Positions 1-12,880 of a DNA stretch of 64,000 nucleotides are shown in pieces. The stretch is from Podarcis bocagei (lineage: Eukaryota). The number at the start of each line of letters is the position of its first letter. Position 1 is the stretch's first letter. Where the stretch lies: assembly GCA_964188305.1 (NCBI GenBank), contig OZ076889.1; one strand, given 5' to 3'. The position numbers and the translations under genes were made by a program. The notes beneath the pieces were generated by a model, which saw only the letters and a program-made list of their open reading frames with translations, made no database searches and had not been told where the DNA came from.

Positions 1-925
1 CAGCTTGTTGTGCTGGAGAACTTCAACATTTATGCTGATGCCTTGTCAGGACTGGCTCAGGTTTTCATGGCTGCCATGACAACCATGAGTCTGTCCTAAG
101 TAATCTGGCCCTACCCATGCTGCAGGACACATTCTGGACTTGGTTTTCTGTGCTGGATTGAATTATGGTGATCTTAGCGTGGAGGACAGTGTTAGTTCCA
201 CTGTCATGGACTTGCTGGAGCTCATAATCTTAGTGGGTGTCTGGGTGTGATTAAGATAGTCCACCCTAGGAGGCAAGGTATCTGGAGTGTGTGTTGGCAT
301 CTCAGATCATGGATGAGACAGATTATCTAGATCTGTTTCAATCTGGTTTCAGGCCTGGTTATGGGAGAGAGATGGCTTTGGTTGCCTTGGTGGATGACAT
401 GCCAGGAACTGGACAGAGGGAGTGTGTCCCTTTTGGTTCTTCTGGACTTTTCAGCAGCTTTCAATACCAACCTTGGATGCCTTGTTGGAATGCAGCTTGG
501 AGACACTGTTTTACAATGGCTTTGTTTCTTCTTGGAGGGGTGAACCTAGAAGGTGGTGCTGGAGGACTCCTGTTTGACACATTGGCTGTTGACCTTTGGG
601 GTCTCTCAAGGTTGTGTTCTGTCCCCCATGCTCTTTAACATTTACATGAAACTGCTGTGAGAGGTTGTCTGGAGTGTTGAAGTTCAGTGTCACCAGTATG
701 CTGTTGACACCCTGCTCTATTTCTCCTTTCCACCTAAATTCAAGGAAGTTGTCTTGATTCTAAACTAGTGTCTGTCATCAGTGAGGGTGAACAAATAGAA
801 ACTTAATCCACACAAAACAGAGGTGCTCCTGGTCAGTCAAAAGGCTGTGCTGGATGGAGTTGTACTCTCCCTGTAGACATATGTTTGCAGTTTGCGTGTG
901 GGTGTGCTCCTTTATTCAGCCCTGG
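1..925 (+). mobile_element. Degenerate, internally deleted L2-clade LINE (endonuclease plus reverse transcriptase remnants)
   Basis: LVVLENFNIYAD (EN motif GDFN-like), YLDLFQSGFRPGYG..ALVALVDD, RGSVSLLVLLDFSAAFNT, HQYAVDTLLY at 691-720 (YADD-like); frameshifts and stops. Confidence 0.85.
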
Positions 926-1543
926 GCCCTCTCGTTGGGAGCCTCCCTTACTCCAGCAAAGGAACAATCATCAACCCACTTTAAGCTCCCAGTAGCTCCT
1001 TTGAATCCCCACCCTTATTTTCCCTATACCTGACGTTATGTGCAAGGAGAAGAACTAAGTTGATTAAGCTAGAAAAAGAATTTTAGGGTTTCTACTGCTG
1101 GGTAACTGATTAAGTGAGGTGAGATGGAGAGTGTTAGTGAAGATGTTGCCATGGAATCAGGGGACATGGAACAGAGGATTTTGGAGAATGGCTATATTTT
1201 AAATAAAATTGTATTGGTGAGGGAAGATCCCAGAATATGCAGTCCTGTCTTGATTTGTGATTATTGAATGAAGAGCAACAAAGCCTTGTATGTAGCATGG
1301 GACCACCGTCTTGTGATACCTAGGCCTGGATACTACTGCCCAGAGAGCGATAAGTTATTAGATGCTTTGCAGATACTGGAAAGAAATAAAACTATTTCCT
1401 GTGATAGAGTTCACTAATTGGCGCTAATTACAATCATTTTCCTAACATTTCTCTGATGCTTTGTTCACGTTGCATAACTTTAAGCTATTTTTTCATGGTG
1501 TTAGATTTCTTTAAGCTCAGTTGTATCCTTGTTCTCTCCTTAG

Positions 1544-1711
1544 AAGCGGTCAGTGGAAGATTTAAAGGAGCGCTACTATCACATCTGTGCCAAGCTGGCC
1601 AACATCCGTGCTACCCCAGGCACTGACTTGAAAATCCCTGTTTTTGATGCTGGCCATGAAAGGCGCCGGAAAGAACAGCTAGAGAGGCTATATAATCGGA
1701 CACCAGAGCAG
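1544..1711 (+). CDS. DMAP1: DMAP1 internal coding exon (168 nt, phase 0/0; end of SANT domain region)
   Basis: ctctccttag|AAG ... CAG|gtaatg; translates KRSVEDLKERYYHICAKLANIRATPGTDLKIPVFDAGHERRRKEQLERLYNRTPEQ, recognisable DMAP1 sequence. Confidence 0.97.
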
Positions 1712-2062
1712 GTAATGTCAGGAAATGTTGCAAGGCAGCCTGGCCTCACATTATCTTACACTGGATCTGTAGCAATAGCTCATCATTTCTGGGTACTCCC
1801 CAGTGCCCTTCAGGGCTGCTAATGTGACTCCTGTTGGAGGTAGCAGTAGGTGCACCTCCCATCCTTTAAGCGTGATTTATCAAGTAATGGGCATACACAT
1901 ATTAGGTGATCAATGTGAATAAAGGAATAACTACTAGAAAACAAAGTGTGTTAAAATACGTTTTATTTGAGTTTTGTCTGAGAAGGATAGAAGCGTAGTG
2001 CTGATTACGCTTGTCAAGTTCTATCTGGATTTCAGACAATGCATTTAGCATATTTTTCTTTT

Positions 2063-2221
2063 CAGTAATGCAGTGGTGTCCACACTTTTTTCAAAGAGGG
2101 CCAGATTTGATGAAGTGAAGGGCTGTGAGGGCCGACCAAAGGGCCAACCAAAGTTGTTGAGCTTTTTTAGGCAGGCCGGATTAGGTCCCCGAAACGGATT
2201 TTGGACATGTCTGCACTACTG
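2063..2221. mobile_element. Short non-autonomous DNA transposon (hAT-like MITE) with imperfect TIRs
   Basis: cagtaatgcagtggtgtcc ... ggacatgtctgcactactg are imperfect inverted repeats; ggcc-rich interior; no clear TSD. Confidence 0.55.
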
Positions 2222-2909
2222 TATGGGTACTTGCATTACCTGGATAAAAACAGTTGCTTTCATGAAACATCCTGGACACGCCATCATTTTGTAGTTCGTA
2301 TTTTGTAGCTCGTAGTTTGATGGTGAAGGTGCTGGCAGCAACTGCCTGATCTGGTATTGGCTGAGAATGTTAATAAACATTCATATTTCTGAGGAAATGA
2401 AACAAAGTGAAAGGTAGGTTTGACTGTGTTAAACACACCCAGAAAGCTCTGTGAGCAGGAGTATCTGTGAGGGTATAGCAAGGGCAGCCTGTGTGCTGAA
2501 AATGGGGGAAGGGGTCAAGAAAGGAAAGGAAGGGACTTGTAAATTATGTGTGGTGGAAGAAAGTGAGACTGTGAAGAGCCCTTATATAGGCAGGAGATAC
2601 GAAAAGAGAGACAATGAGATAGTGACATTAACAACGTAGAATCTATATACTATAGCCTGCTATATACATAGTGAGAGCTTTGGAATCTGATTGGCTGTGG
2701 TATCTAGTGTTTCAAGGCTTCATGAGCCTTTAAAAATTGCTTGGGTAAGAACATTGTACTATTTGTTGCTGCTTTTGTCTCTCTAGTAGTATATAACTTG
2801 GCTCCCAGAAAACCACAGGGCAGGTGAAACCCAGGCCAGAAGCACATCTGTTGCCATTAAGTGGCCCCTTTGGATTGCTTTTCCAGTCATGTTTCCGTTT
2901 CACCTGTAG

Positions 2910-3095
2910 GTGGCAGAGGAGGAATATCTAATCCAGGAGTTGCGGAAAATCGAAGCCAGGAAGAAAGAGAGGGAGAAGCGAACACAAGACTTGCAGAAAC
3001 TCATCACCGCCGCTGACACCACCACTGAACAAAGACGTGCAGAGCGCAAGGCACCCAAGAAGAAGCTGCCACAGAAGAAAGAGACGGAGAAGCCT
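2910..3095 (+). CDS. DMAP1: DMAP1 internal coding exon (186 nt, phase 0/0; coiled-coil/DMAP1 domain)
   Basis: cacctgtag|GTG ... CCT|gtaaat; VAEEEYLIQELRKIEARKKEREKRTQDLQKLITAADTTTEQRRAERKAPKKKLPQKKETEKP. Confidence 0.97.
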
Positions 3096-6000
3096 GTAAA
3101 TATCTTGTTAGGGCTCTACCTTGCCATTTGTCTGCCACGGCCTGGGGCAGGGAGTGAGGGGTGGTTTGCCGGTCCTCGCCATATAAGCATTGTTTCTGTG
3201 TTTTTGTTTGTTTCTTTTTAGACCCTCATATCTCTTGGGGTGTGGAGAAAAGTTGGGTTTCAATCATATTGCAAGCTGCAGAGGGATTTCGGTTAAGCTG
3301 GAAGGACTTGAAAGTGCTGCACTAGGAAGGAGAGAAACTGGACTCATGCAAAGCCCTCTCAGAGAGCAAGCAGTTCAGTGGTTAGTGAATACACAGCAAG
3401 GAACTTGCTCTTCTTTGTGCCATGCAGCATAGCAACACAAGGGGAGATTAGGGAAATTTGAAAGAAGCACATTTTTCAGCTGGTTTCTTCTAAAAAAATT
3501 ACAATTACAGGATGAGGTAGTGGTCAGACTCCCTTCTCAGGTTTCCCAGAGCTTCTGGGTCTGGCATAATTGCCAGGCTTGCAGACGAATTGAAGCTCTT
3601 CCAATCTAGGGTTAAGCCAATATTTTTGAAATGTTAAAAGAGAATGATATTTAGTTGATGTTCCTGCTCTCACCTAGAACAAGTGTTTTTATGCCTTCCT
3701 AAAACCTCAAGATGGTAGGTGTAAATGGATAACATAAGGAGCAGCATTGACATTCATTTATTTATAAAGAAAAAATGATATACCACCCACCCACAGAACA
3801 CCAAGGTGGTGTACAAAAAATACCAATGTAAATTCAATGCCTCTTTGCCTCTACCTTTGCTGTGTTCAGTTGTGAACTTCTCACTCATTCTATGATTTAC
3901 ATGTTGTGAGTGGTGGAACAACGGAATGTCTTAATAATATACGAAATGTCTAGCACTGTGTTTTATTTAGAATACACTGTGGAATTACCGCATTGACGCC
4001 ATGCAGTTTCTGGGGAAAGGACTCTGCCTTTCAGATGGCTCTAAGGAGGGAGATGAGTAGGAAGAAGCCACTACATACTTAAAAAAGAAAAGAAAAAAAG
4101 TGTGCACCACTTTGTGTCACTACAGGCTTACTGCTTGTTAGGACTGCTCTGCTGTCTTGGGTTGGGCTGCCCTGAAGGTTTGTGGTTTCAGTTTCCCTTT
4201 GCCTCTTAGTCAGCCAGATTGTTCCATGCCATGCAGCATGTGGAATCAAATAGCCACTCAAAATGCTTGAGGCGTGTTTGGCTGTCTACCCCAGTATTGC
4301 CTGGGGCCCTTGTGCCTGCCTATAGGTAAGCACCTCAGGGCTCCTGAAGGCAGCTTCTGTTGTTGCACTAGTGCTGTTTCAACCATGACAGAGTCCATTA
4401 GGAGTCAATTACCAACTGTAGCAGGGAAACGTGTGTGTGTTTTTTTGAAGAAAAAAAAACGCATTTTAACTAAGAATTTGAATTGAGGGCTGTATCAGCA
4501 TCATCGCAACAAAGGGAAGTCATTTACCAAAGAGTCAATTGAGGTTGAAGCATTTACAGCTCATGCTGGCGTGTGAGGGATAGCAACCTGTTTAATTGCT
4601 CTGATGTGAGGTGAAGACAGACTGTGCAGTGTGGGAGGGAGTTAGTGTGTCCCTCATTTTCATTAGGGATTAGGCGGATAATTGTCAAGGGGAGATGGCA
4701 GGGACATGCCCAAAACTGCTCCAGGATTCTCTTGAACAGAATAACATGGAGAAATTTGGTTGCATCAGTGCCTTTAGTATGGAGCGGAGTCTGCAAATCC
4801 CAGCATGCATTGCTGCTGATCCGGTCAGTGTAGAGTTTATCTGTACCCCCTCCTGCTGCCATCACGGTAGTCCATCTTTCTTGCTTTGGCTTCAGGTCAC
4901 CCTAGGCGCTAGGTTCAATTTATTAACTAGGGACTGCAATAAAGTGTTCTTTAATACTGTGTGTGTCAGGCTAAAGAGCCCCCACAACAGATTTTGACTC
5001 TATGGTGAAGGGCGAAATGATAAAGGGAATTTGTCATATTATCTTCCCTCCGGTGTCCCGAAGGGATAGAATAACTAATTTGTTGTAATCAACACAGTTT
5101 CCTGGGCTGTGAATGGGGGCTTTCCTTTGTTTGCAACGTGGGAAATCAAATGGCATAGCTTCAACAGGTTAGGTCTTGGCCAAACACAAGTAAGAAAGTT
5201 TGCTGCTAAATGACGGGAGATAATTCCCTGCTCAGCGAATTATCTCAGTGATTATTGTACTAGTCATCAGTATTTCCTTGGGTTCACAGACTATATCAGT
5301 TGTCTCATGGATGATCCATGGTATATCTCTTTACAATATTGAAATTTCTGGGTGGAAAGGCTTTTTTATTATTATTAATAGAAGATGTTCAATAGAATGA
5401 TGTGTTGGACTGGTAACAATTTTTCTTTTGAGAAGCATATATGTATCCAAACATATATGTATCCAACTCAGCCTCTGTCTTCTGACTTCCAGTCAGCTTT
5501 AACAGCTTCCTAGGATTACTATAGCTCCCTTTTAATTAAGCAAGACCCACGTTATTTGTAGGGAAAGATAGAGGGATCTGCAATAGAGCTTATTATGTTG
5601 GGTTTCTTTCTTCCTCTGCTGAGGATATGCACACACGCTTTTAAAATTATAGCTTAATTGTCCAAGAATTTATTGTATTGAAGCATTTGTGAATCTGCAG
5701 TGTTTAAACAGCGGATAAATTACATGCTTAGCTTGTAATGGGAAAATATTTGGCTAGAAGAGAAAGACATTATTCCTGGTGAAAAATGCAAGGCACTATG
5801 AGATGGGTATATTTCCCCACAGCATGAAGTTCATGCAGGGAACAAATGGCTAGAACAAGAATAGTAAAGTTGTTTAGTACAAATGGTACAGAAGTTAAAT
5901 AGTTAATGGAAAGTGATACTAATCCTGGTTTATTGGCCGTAAACATGGAACAGAAAACATGCAATGATCAGGTGGGGAAAGTTTAAAGATATTCTTAAAC

Positions 6001-6410
6001 AAATCTTAGATTCTCAGGATTTTGAGAAGTCATAATTTTGCATTTCAGAGTTGCACTCCAAAATATATCCACGCTTGGGACCATGCAGGGTTTTAAAACC
6101 TGCTTTGTATCCAGGTTTGTAGTTATACTAGCGTGTTGTGAGTTCTACAGGTCAAGACTATAAGGTTGCATTCAGTGTAGTGTTAAGGTGAATGTTCTGT
6201 CAGTGCAGGGGTTTCCTTTGCTCTGCTGAACATTCTTTTCTCTCCTCATGCGTCCCCAAATCTGTTCTGGGGGGTTCCCCCAACCCTCTGGTTCAGATTT
6301 GGATCACAGGGAGGAGGTACTAGAGCTAATCCTTGTGCTTGTGCAAGAATTTAATTGACTATTGCTAGGCTGGGAGCCAAAAGGCATCCCCTCCAATATT
6401 TCGCATGAAA

Positions 6411-6444
6411 ATAGGGACATTCTATGTTTTAGAAATGTCCCTAT
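6411..6444. repeat. Short hairpin/inverted repeat, probable MITE remnant
   Basis: atagggacattcta-tgttt-tagaaatgtccctat (one indel). Confidence 0.45.
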
Positions 6445-7140
6445 CTTCAGACGGTTCAGGTAGCAATGGGCATTCTACTGTATGCAGCATAGTAAAAAGA
6501 TTGAGGCTAAAATAATTCAGAATGGATCAAAGCAAACAGATTTTAAACCAGTGAGCAAATCAGCGTGGTGGTTGACCAACTTTGTGTAAAATGATTCATA
6601 AAAGTAATTTTATCTATTGGAGTCTGTTTTCAGGAATTGGGCAAAACAAAGATGTAGAAGTTAAGTGAGGTTTTGGAGACCTGGGAGACCTGAATAGCAT
6701 TCTTACAGTCCTAGCTAGTGTGAGGCCCTGTAGATTTTAGCCTAGTAGAATCTTTGTGGTTCATCCAGAAGAGACTGCTGTTAGGGTAGAGCTTCTTTTA
6801 AGGACAGTGTCACATGTTATGTCAGTATAGTTTGGGCTATTTTGTTTCGCCTAGTGCTATGAAACCCTTTCCATGTCCCACTGGTTGTTTTAGATGCAAT
6901 TTTCCTCCATAATTTTTAGTACATTCCTAGTACGGCTAGATTTGTACCAGCAGAAATTGTTGATATCTTAACATATCAAAGCCACTTTGGCAATTTAAAA
7001 GGCATTAAAATTAATGGGTGCAGTTCTTAGCAGGGCCTTCTTAGTGCAGACATTGACAGCTGGCTCTCTGTCAGAGAGTGGTCTTTGTACATCCTTTTGC
7101 ATTTCCTTTTCTCAACATATGCTGTCTCTTTCTCTTTTAG

Positions 7141-7212
7141 GCTGTCCCAGAGACTGCTGGCATCAAGTTTCCGGACTTCAAGTCTGCAGGTGTCACACTG
7201 CGGAGTCAGAGG
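7141..7212 (+). CDS. DMAP1: DMAP1 internal coding exon (72 nt, phase 0/0)
   Basis: tctcttttag|GCT ... AGG|gtaggc; AVPETAGIKFPDFKSAGVTLRSQR; not in the ORF track in this frame, read manually. Confidence 0.96.
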
Positions 7213-7859
7213 GTAGGCTACCATGTTGGTCGTTGGAGCCCTGTGTGGATGCTTGATTGCTTTCATTTCCTATTTATTCTCCTTTTAAAGCTGTTAAAGG
7301 TCCATTGGAGTCTGGGCTGTAATATCAATGTGGGTTCTGGCTGGTCTCAGAAATAATAGCTGTGTGTTTGCACTAGAGGCCCACTAGAGGTGCCAGTTGT
7401 GCATGGCTGAACTTGCTTCTTTGCTCCTTAAGCCTCAACTGTTCTGACTATGTCTCTGCGCTCTTATGCTTCCATCTGAGGTCAGGTTATCATGCCTGAT
7501 AATGGGACCCCAGCAGAATATGTAGCCAGGAGAAGAGTCCTGGGAAAATCATTGGGAAATGGATCACAAGCTAGCTCTGTCTTCTGCAAACTGCACTGTT
7601 CCCACAAGTAGTTTTAAAATAAAAATTAGACATATGGATTTTGCAGCATTCTTCATGAGAATAAGCAGTTGGAACATGGAACTAACTTTCTGCCTCTTTT
7701 GAAGTTAATCAGAGGGCATTTTTGATATTACAATGTTAACTCGTCAAATAACTTTCTGTTTCCTCATTCTGTTGCTTCATTCTCTCCCCCCCCCCTATTT
7801 ACATAATGGTTCTTTTTCATAAATGATAAACGAGGCAAAGGTGTTAGGTGCAGCTTAGG

Positions 7860-8665
7860 GCTACTCACTGCCCAGCAGTCTCCCTGCCTGAGCTGACAGA
7901 GCTGGTCTCAGAGCCTGTGTTGAGGACTCCCTCACTGCTGGTTCTGGGGGACTTCAACATCCATGCTGAAGTAACTGGCTCTAGGGTGGCTCAGGGCTTC
8001 ATGGCCACCATGACAGCCCTGGGGCTGTCCCAACATGTCATTGGCCCAATGCATGAAAGTGGGGGATATTGACACAAGTCCCTTGTTGTGGTCAGATCCC
8101 TGTTAAGATTTAGACTTTCAGCACCTTTTCCCCTCTGCAGAGGCGGGGATCTATTAGGATGGTCCACCCGCAGAGGCTGATGGATCCAATGGGTTTCCAG
8201 TCAGCACTGGGGTATTTTCCAGCTGATATGACTAGTGCTCTTGTCAAGCCTTGGCTGACCTCTGGAACATCTGAATGGCAAAATCACCTGCATCCGCTGG
8301 TGGGATCTTGAGTTCACAAGTACAACATATGAATTTCAAAGGGTATCCTGAGCACTGTCTAGACTTGTTGTGTTGGATGAGTTTTAGTTTGGAAGGCTTG
8401 ATGTGGACAAGGTGCTTGGATTGATCAGGGTGACCATTTGCACTCTGGACTCTTGCTCCCCTTGGCTGATAAAAACTAACAGGGAGGGGACAGTTGGCTG
8501 GGTCAGGCAGGTGATTACTGCCTCCTTGCGAGATGACGTGGTCCCTGCCTGCTTGAAGGAGGCAATGGTGAAATCATTCCTCAAGAAACCCTCCCTGGAT
8601 TCGGAAAATCTAAGTAACTACCAGCCAGTTGTCAAGCTCCCCTCCTTGGACAAGTGGTTGCAGAT
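7860..8665 (+). mobile_element. Degenerate, internally deleted L2-clade LINE (endonuclease and pre-RT region)
   Basis: LLVLGDFNIHAE...FMATMTALGLSQHVIGP; TICTLDSCSPWLIK...LKEAMVKSFLKKPSLDSENLSNYQPV; visibly homologous to 1-280. Confidence 0.85.
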
Positions 8666-11529
8666 CAGATCCCTTCCTTGTTACTGAGCAAGCTAATCAC
8701 TGATGGCGTTGTCAGGGTTGTGGCTTTGCTGTATGACATGTCTCAGAACTCCTAATAGAGTAGGAAGAGCGAATTGGCTACAGTGCATATATGAGAAATC
8801 TGTTGCTGACAGTAGGTTAATTGGTGTAACTTTGGGATATGCCTTGGAATGCTACTTGGAGCAGCAGCAGGGAGGTGAGTGGCTATGGCTTGGTTTAGCC
8901 TTAATAACAAACCGTGGTTTGCTTGCTTTGAGCATGAGCCTTGGGTTTACATGGTCTTCCCACCTCTTTGCAAGTGAGGAGAGGAGATTGAAAGCAATTT
9001 CTTGTTTTGTCCAAACCTGAGGAAACTGTAGTTTCTCCCCTTTCAAAAAGAAAAAAGAAAAAAAAGGAAAGATGGGAGAGTGCATGAGACTTTCATTTGA
9101 AACAACTGTCTGAATCAGGCCAAAGCATTGAAGTGAAATGTTCTGGCAAGGTCACCAGGTTTTCCACAGTCTTCATCATACTCCAGCATGGACGGGGACT
9201 TTGGCTTATTAGGCAGGCCTGGGTTTAGTTTTGCAGAGATCCTAGACTATTAATTATTTGAGTCCCTTCTTCTGAACTCAAACCTGCACCATCTTTATCA
9301 GCTTCATTTTATGCTCAACATAGTAAGCAAGATTTTATATTTTTGGTTATTTTCATGCAACTATAAAACTAAAGATTAAAAAACCCATCCATCAGCAAGG
9401 GTTTCTCATGTTCTATATTATTAGAAGTACTTCATTAACAGAGTTTGTCTTTTGCCCAGGACCATTTCCCCCCCTTCAAAGATCTTGAGTTGCCTAAAAT
9501 TTAAGACCATAGTCATATGCCAAGACTGGTCATTGGTAAATCTACCTCCATTACTGGGCTATGTTGGCATTAAATATCAACATTGTTTTGGCTAGGGAAT
9601 CACTGGGTGAAAAGATATTGGGTGATGAGAATTGACCTTTGACCACTCATTTAACCTTGTCTGAGGTCCCAGTTCATGCATTAGGAGTGTAGCACGGCTG
9701 CCATTGCTTTGTAATTGGATCCTTTGCTTCGCTGGCAAGATTAACAGGGCAGAATTGCATAGAATGGGGGGATAAAATGCTAAGTTAACATCAGTGCACT
9801 AGTGCCCAGCCGTTTCTGCAGCCATGCTATATCCATAATCTCTTAATTGGGCCTCTGTCTTCAAGAGTTAATAGTTTTCTCTATGCTGCTGGCACTCATG
9901 GAGTCTGGAGGCTTTACCAATATTTGTGTGGCATTTACAAAGCTTCTGCAAGTGATTGTGATTCTAAGTGTTGGCCTGGATTGGAAAAAGCTGGCTTTAT
10001 TGGGCTGTTATTTCTGCCAGTATGTGCTTCGATGCCAGCACTCCCACCTCTGTTTTTGATTGACAAGGTTTGGAGATGGTGTGCAGTGTGACATACGCAA
10101 AGGTGAGCAGACATGGAAGCCCTGGGGAGCAATCGGGAGAGGATTTGTTAACTGCCTGGATTAAGTCCTCTTTCTAAACAGCTTGTTCAGATTTTCTTCT
10201 GCAGTTTCTTGCAATGGAGAAGCAAGGGGCAGCTTTGTGTCTAAGATCAACGTGATGTTTTCTGCATAATAGTGAGAAAAACAATTTGCTTGAATATCGT
10301 TAAAAAACCAGTGCTTCCCCAGTTCTGGCTTAATGAAGATCTTACAAATTAACAGATTTGTTTGGAAGTGCCCTGATAATGTCCTGTATTCTTTCCTACT
10401 CCTGATAACTTCCTTAATTTGATAATAGTCATTTAAACCTTGCAGAGTAACCAAGTGCTGGCAATCAGGAGTTTAGAGAAATTTGAAGGGGGGGAAAGCA
10501 GTTATCACTACAAGTTCTATACAGATCTTTTGCTTCTACAATTAATTATCAGAAATTAACAGCTGAATTTGGTTTTCAAAAGACCAAGCCTGATCATTGT
10601 AGTCCTTAAAGAATTGAACAAAAGCAATCTTCCCTTCCTCAATCTAGACCTCTTGGGAAGAGTGGGGTGTAGTAGTCACTTTGAAAAAGAAGCAGTTTTG
10701 TATGATTCAAATATATTGTGTGCCAGTGAATTTGAAATGTGTGCGCAAATTTCATATCTCCCCTCACATTATTTTTGGAGAAATTAATTTATTCCTGTAG
10801 ACTTTCATGCTGCCAGCTTAGAATAGAATGAAGGCTTTAAATTTGCGTTCTCTCTGAATGTGGACTTATTTTATATTTAACCTTAATATTCCCTCTGTGT
10901 TAATATACATTTTGTCAGGCAATTTTGGTGATACGTTTTCTTGCTACCCTATCCCCCTTGCTAAAGATAACATTGGCAAAGAATAGGGGTGTGTTTCGGT
11001 TCTGCTTTGGGGCTCTTGCCCTGAGTCTATGGGATGAGGCAAGAGGTCTGGACTCTAGACTGCTAAGTCTTTGATAATGAGGCAAAAACAGTAGGATAAA
11101 AGAAAGTTCTTAGCAGCCTCAGAGCCAGGGAGCGCACTGGGAGATGCTGTGGCGCAATTGTTTAGTTCACAGCTGGACACCTTCCACCAAGAAAGGCTTC
11201 CAGCCGGCAGTTTTACTTGTTACCTGCTAACTAGGATCTTGTAGACAAATTGGTGGTCAGACCAATTAAAAAGAAATAGGGGGAGAGGGAGCTTTCATTC
11301 CCATTGATTCACACATCCACCCTCACTGGCTTTTAAATATTTACTAGCCAACTGAGCACTTTTTTAGCACTGATTAATGAGGTACAATCTACTGTGGTGC
11401 TTGCTTTCTCGGAGCATGGGGCTGGGGTGGGGGCTAGGATTGTACTACGCATTCAAGATAAACGAGTATTTTGGTCAAAGCTTGGCACGAGGGAGGGGGG
11501 CGGCTTAGGTATGTGTATATATTAAATGC

Positions 11530-11885
11530 ATGTTCTCAATATTTGATTTGTTTCGCTGTGAAGCGGTTGTGTGCGCTGCCTGTTTACTCTTCACCAGAGG
11601 CCCTTGGCCATGCGCCTTCTCTCTGACATTAATGCAGAGCCAGACCTCATCAGCTGCTAACGGGGGAAACATCTGTCTTTCTTCGCTTGATCAATACTGT
11701 CCCTTCAGAGGCCGAGCCTTGAAAGCAGTTACATAAAATACCAGTAATATTTATTTGGATTTGATAAATTTAATTACTTGGAACAATTAATAATTTATCT
11801 CTTTAGTATTGACTGTGCTGCAAGGCATTTTGGTGAGATAAGCTGATGGTAATCAGCACCTTCTTATTAGCCGGAAATTGTATGT
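11530..11885. promoter_or_regulatory. Candidate conserved non-coding element/enhancer in DMAP1 intron
   Basis: Repeat-free, CpG-retaining, with a TAAT/ATTA cluster (ttgataaatttaattacttggaacaattaataatttatc); conservation not verified. Confidence 0.45.
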
Positions 11886-12486
11886 TGCCACGATGGGAAA
11901 AGACTTCCAATGGTTAGAAAGATGAAGTGTTCTTGTTGCTTTTACTGACACATTCATGTAGTAACAGCGTGCAGAGCTAGACTCCACTACACAAATGTGT
12001 GAGATAATAGCTTGGGACATGGAGCACGTGGCAAGATGGGCGGAAAGTGTGATTTGAATGTCATCTCTGTTTTACTAACAGATATTGAGCGCTGAAGCAA
12101 TACAACTCAGAAGTATTCTTCTAACCCTTCATCAGTATGTCCAGTACTGCAGTGGTTCTCAGATCTTTTACTTATGGGAGACTGGTTGTAAAAAATGTGG
12201 GGCTTGTGTAATACTGTCATGCCAGTGGATAGGATTTCCTCCCCATCTGCTCCAAAGGGTCTCCCAGCTCTCTGGAGGGAATTTGGGGAGATTGCGGAAG
12301 GAGGAAAGGAAGGGTAAGCAGAAGTTTTTGTCGTGCCAATGTGATGCCACAAATGGCTGTCACCCTTGATTAATTGAAAGATGAGATTTCATAAGCTAGA
12401 GCTCCTGATCACAAATGCACCAAATGGGCAATGAAGGTTTCATATGAATGTGCAAGTGTGTGTGCACCCACTTACCCCCTGCATTT

Positions 12487-12880
12487 GGGGCCAAATTTAA
12501 AGTGCTGGCTTTAGCGATTGAAGTCCTAAGTCCAGGTTATGTGAAGGACTGCCTGTACCTGCATCAGGCTGCCTGAGCTTTATGATAAGTTATGGACCCT
12601 ATATTTTCTGAACTGTAGATTAGTAGCTAATGGGTATCAAGAAAAGGGCCTTTTCAGTGGTGATCCCATAGTTACGGAATATGACCACCACCCCCCGCCC
12701 ATGAAGTGACTTTTACTTGCTTTTTAAATTCTTTTTTAAAAAATAGTTGTTTTTTACTGCTAACTTTAAATGACTTAATTATATGATTGAATGCATATGT
12801 TCTATTACTGGTTTTATATGCTGCCTTGGGAGGACAATTGTCCTGCCAGGTGGAATATAAATCTTTAAATAAACAAATAC
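12487..12880 (+). mobile_element. L2 LINE 3' end fragment
   Basis: gccaaatttaaagtgctgg (AKFKVL), gggccttttcagtggtg (RAFSVV-like), ends in ...atataaatctttaaataaacaaata tail. Confidence 0.65.

Noticed and set aside
291-638. RT-like ORFs as a functional gene
   Set aside because: Frameshifted, deleted and with a mutated YADD motif; a dead LINE relic
7371-7397. Tandem cactagagg resembling a CTCF core
   Set aside because: Lacks the GGC of the CCASYAGRKGGC consensus in both copies
10021-10108. Strong donor AAG|gtgagc at 10102/10103
   Set aside because: No clean matching acceptor; candidate exons are 82, 35 or 16 nt with an in-frame stop or weak AG context
12082-12313. Possible 232-nt cassette exon (tactaacag acceptor, AGG|gtaagc donor, open frame)
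   Set aside because: TACTAAC abuts the AG so it cannot serve as branch point; the peptide is unrecognisable; length is not a multiple of 3, and pairing with the 44-nt candidate still hits a stop
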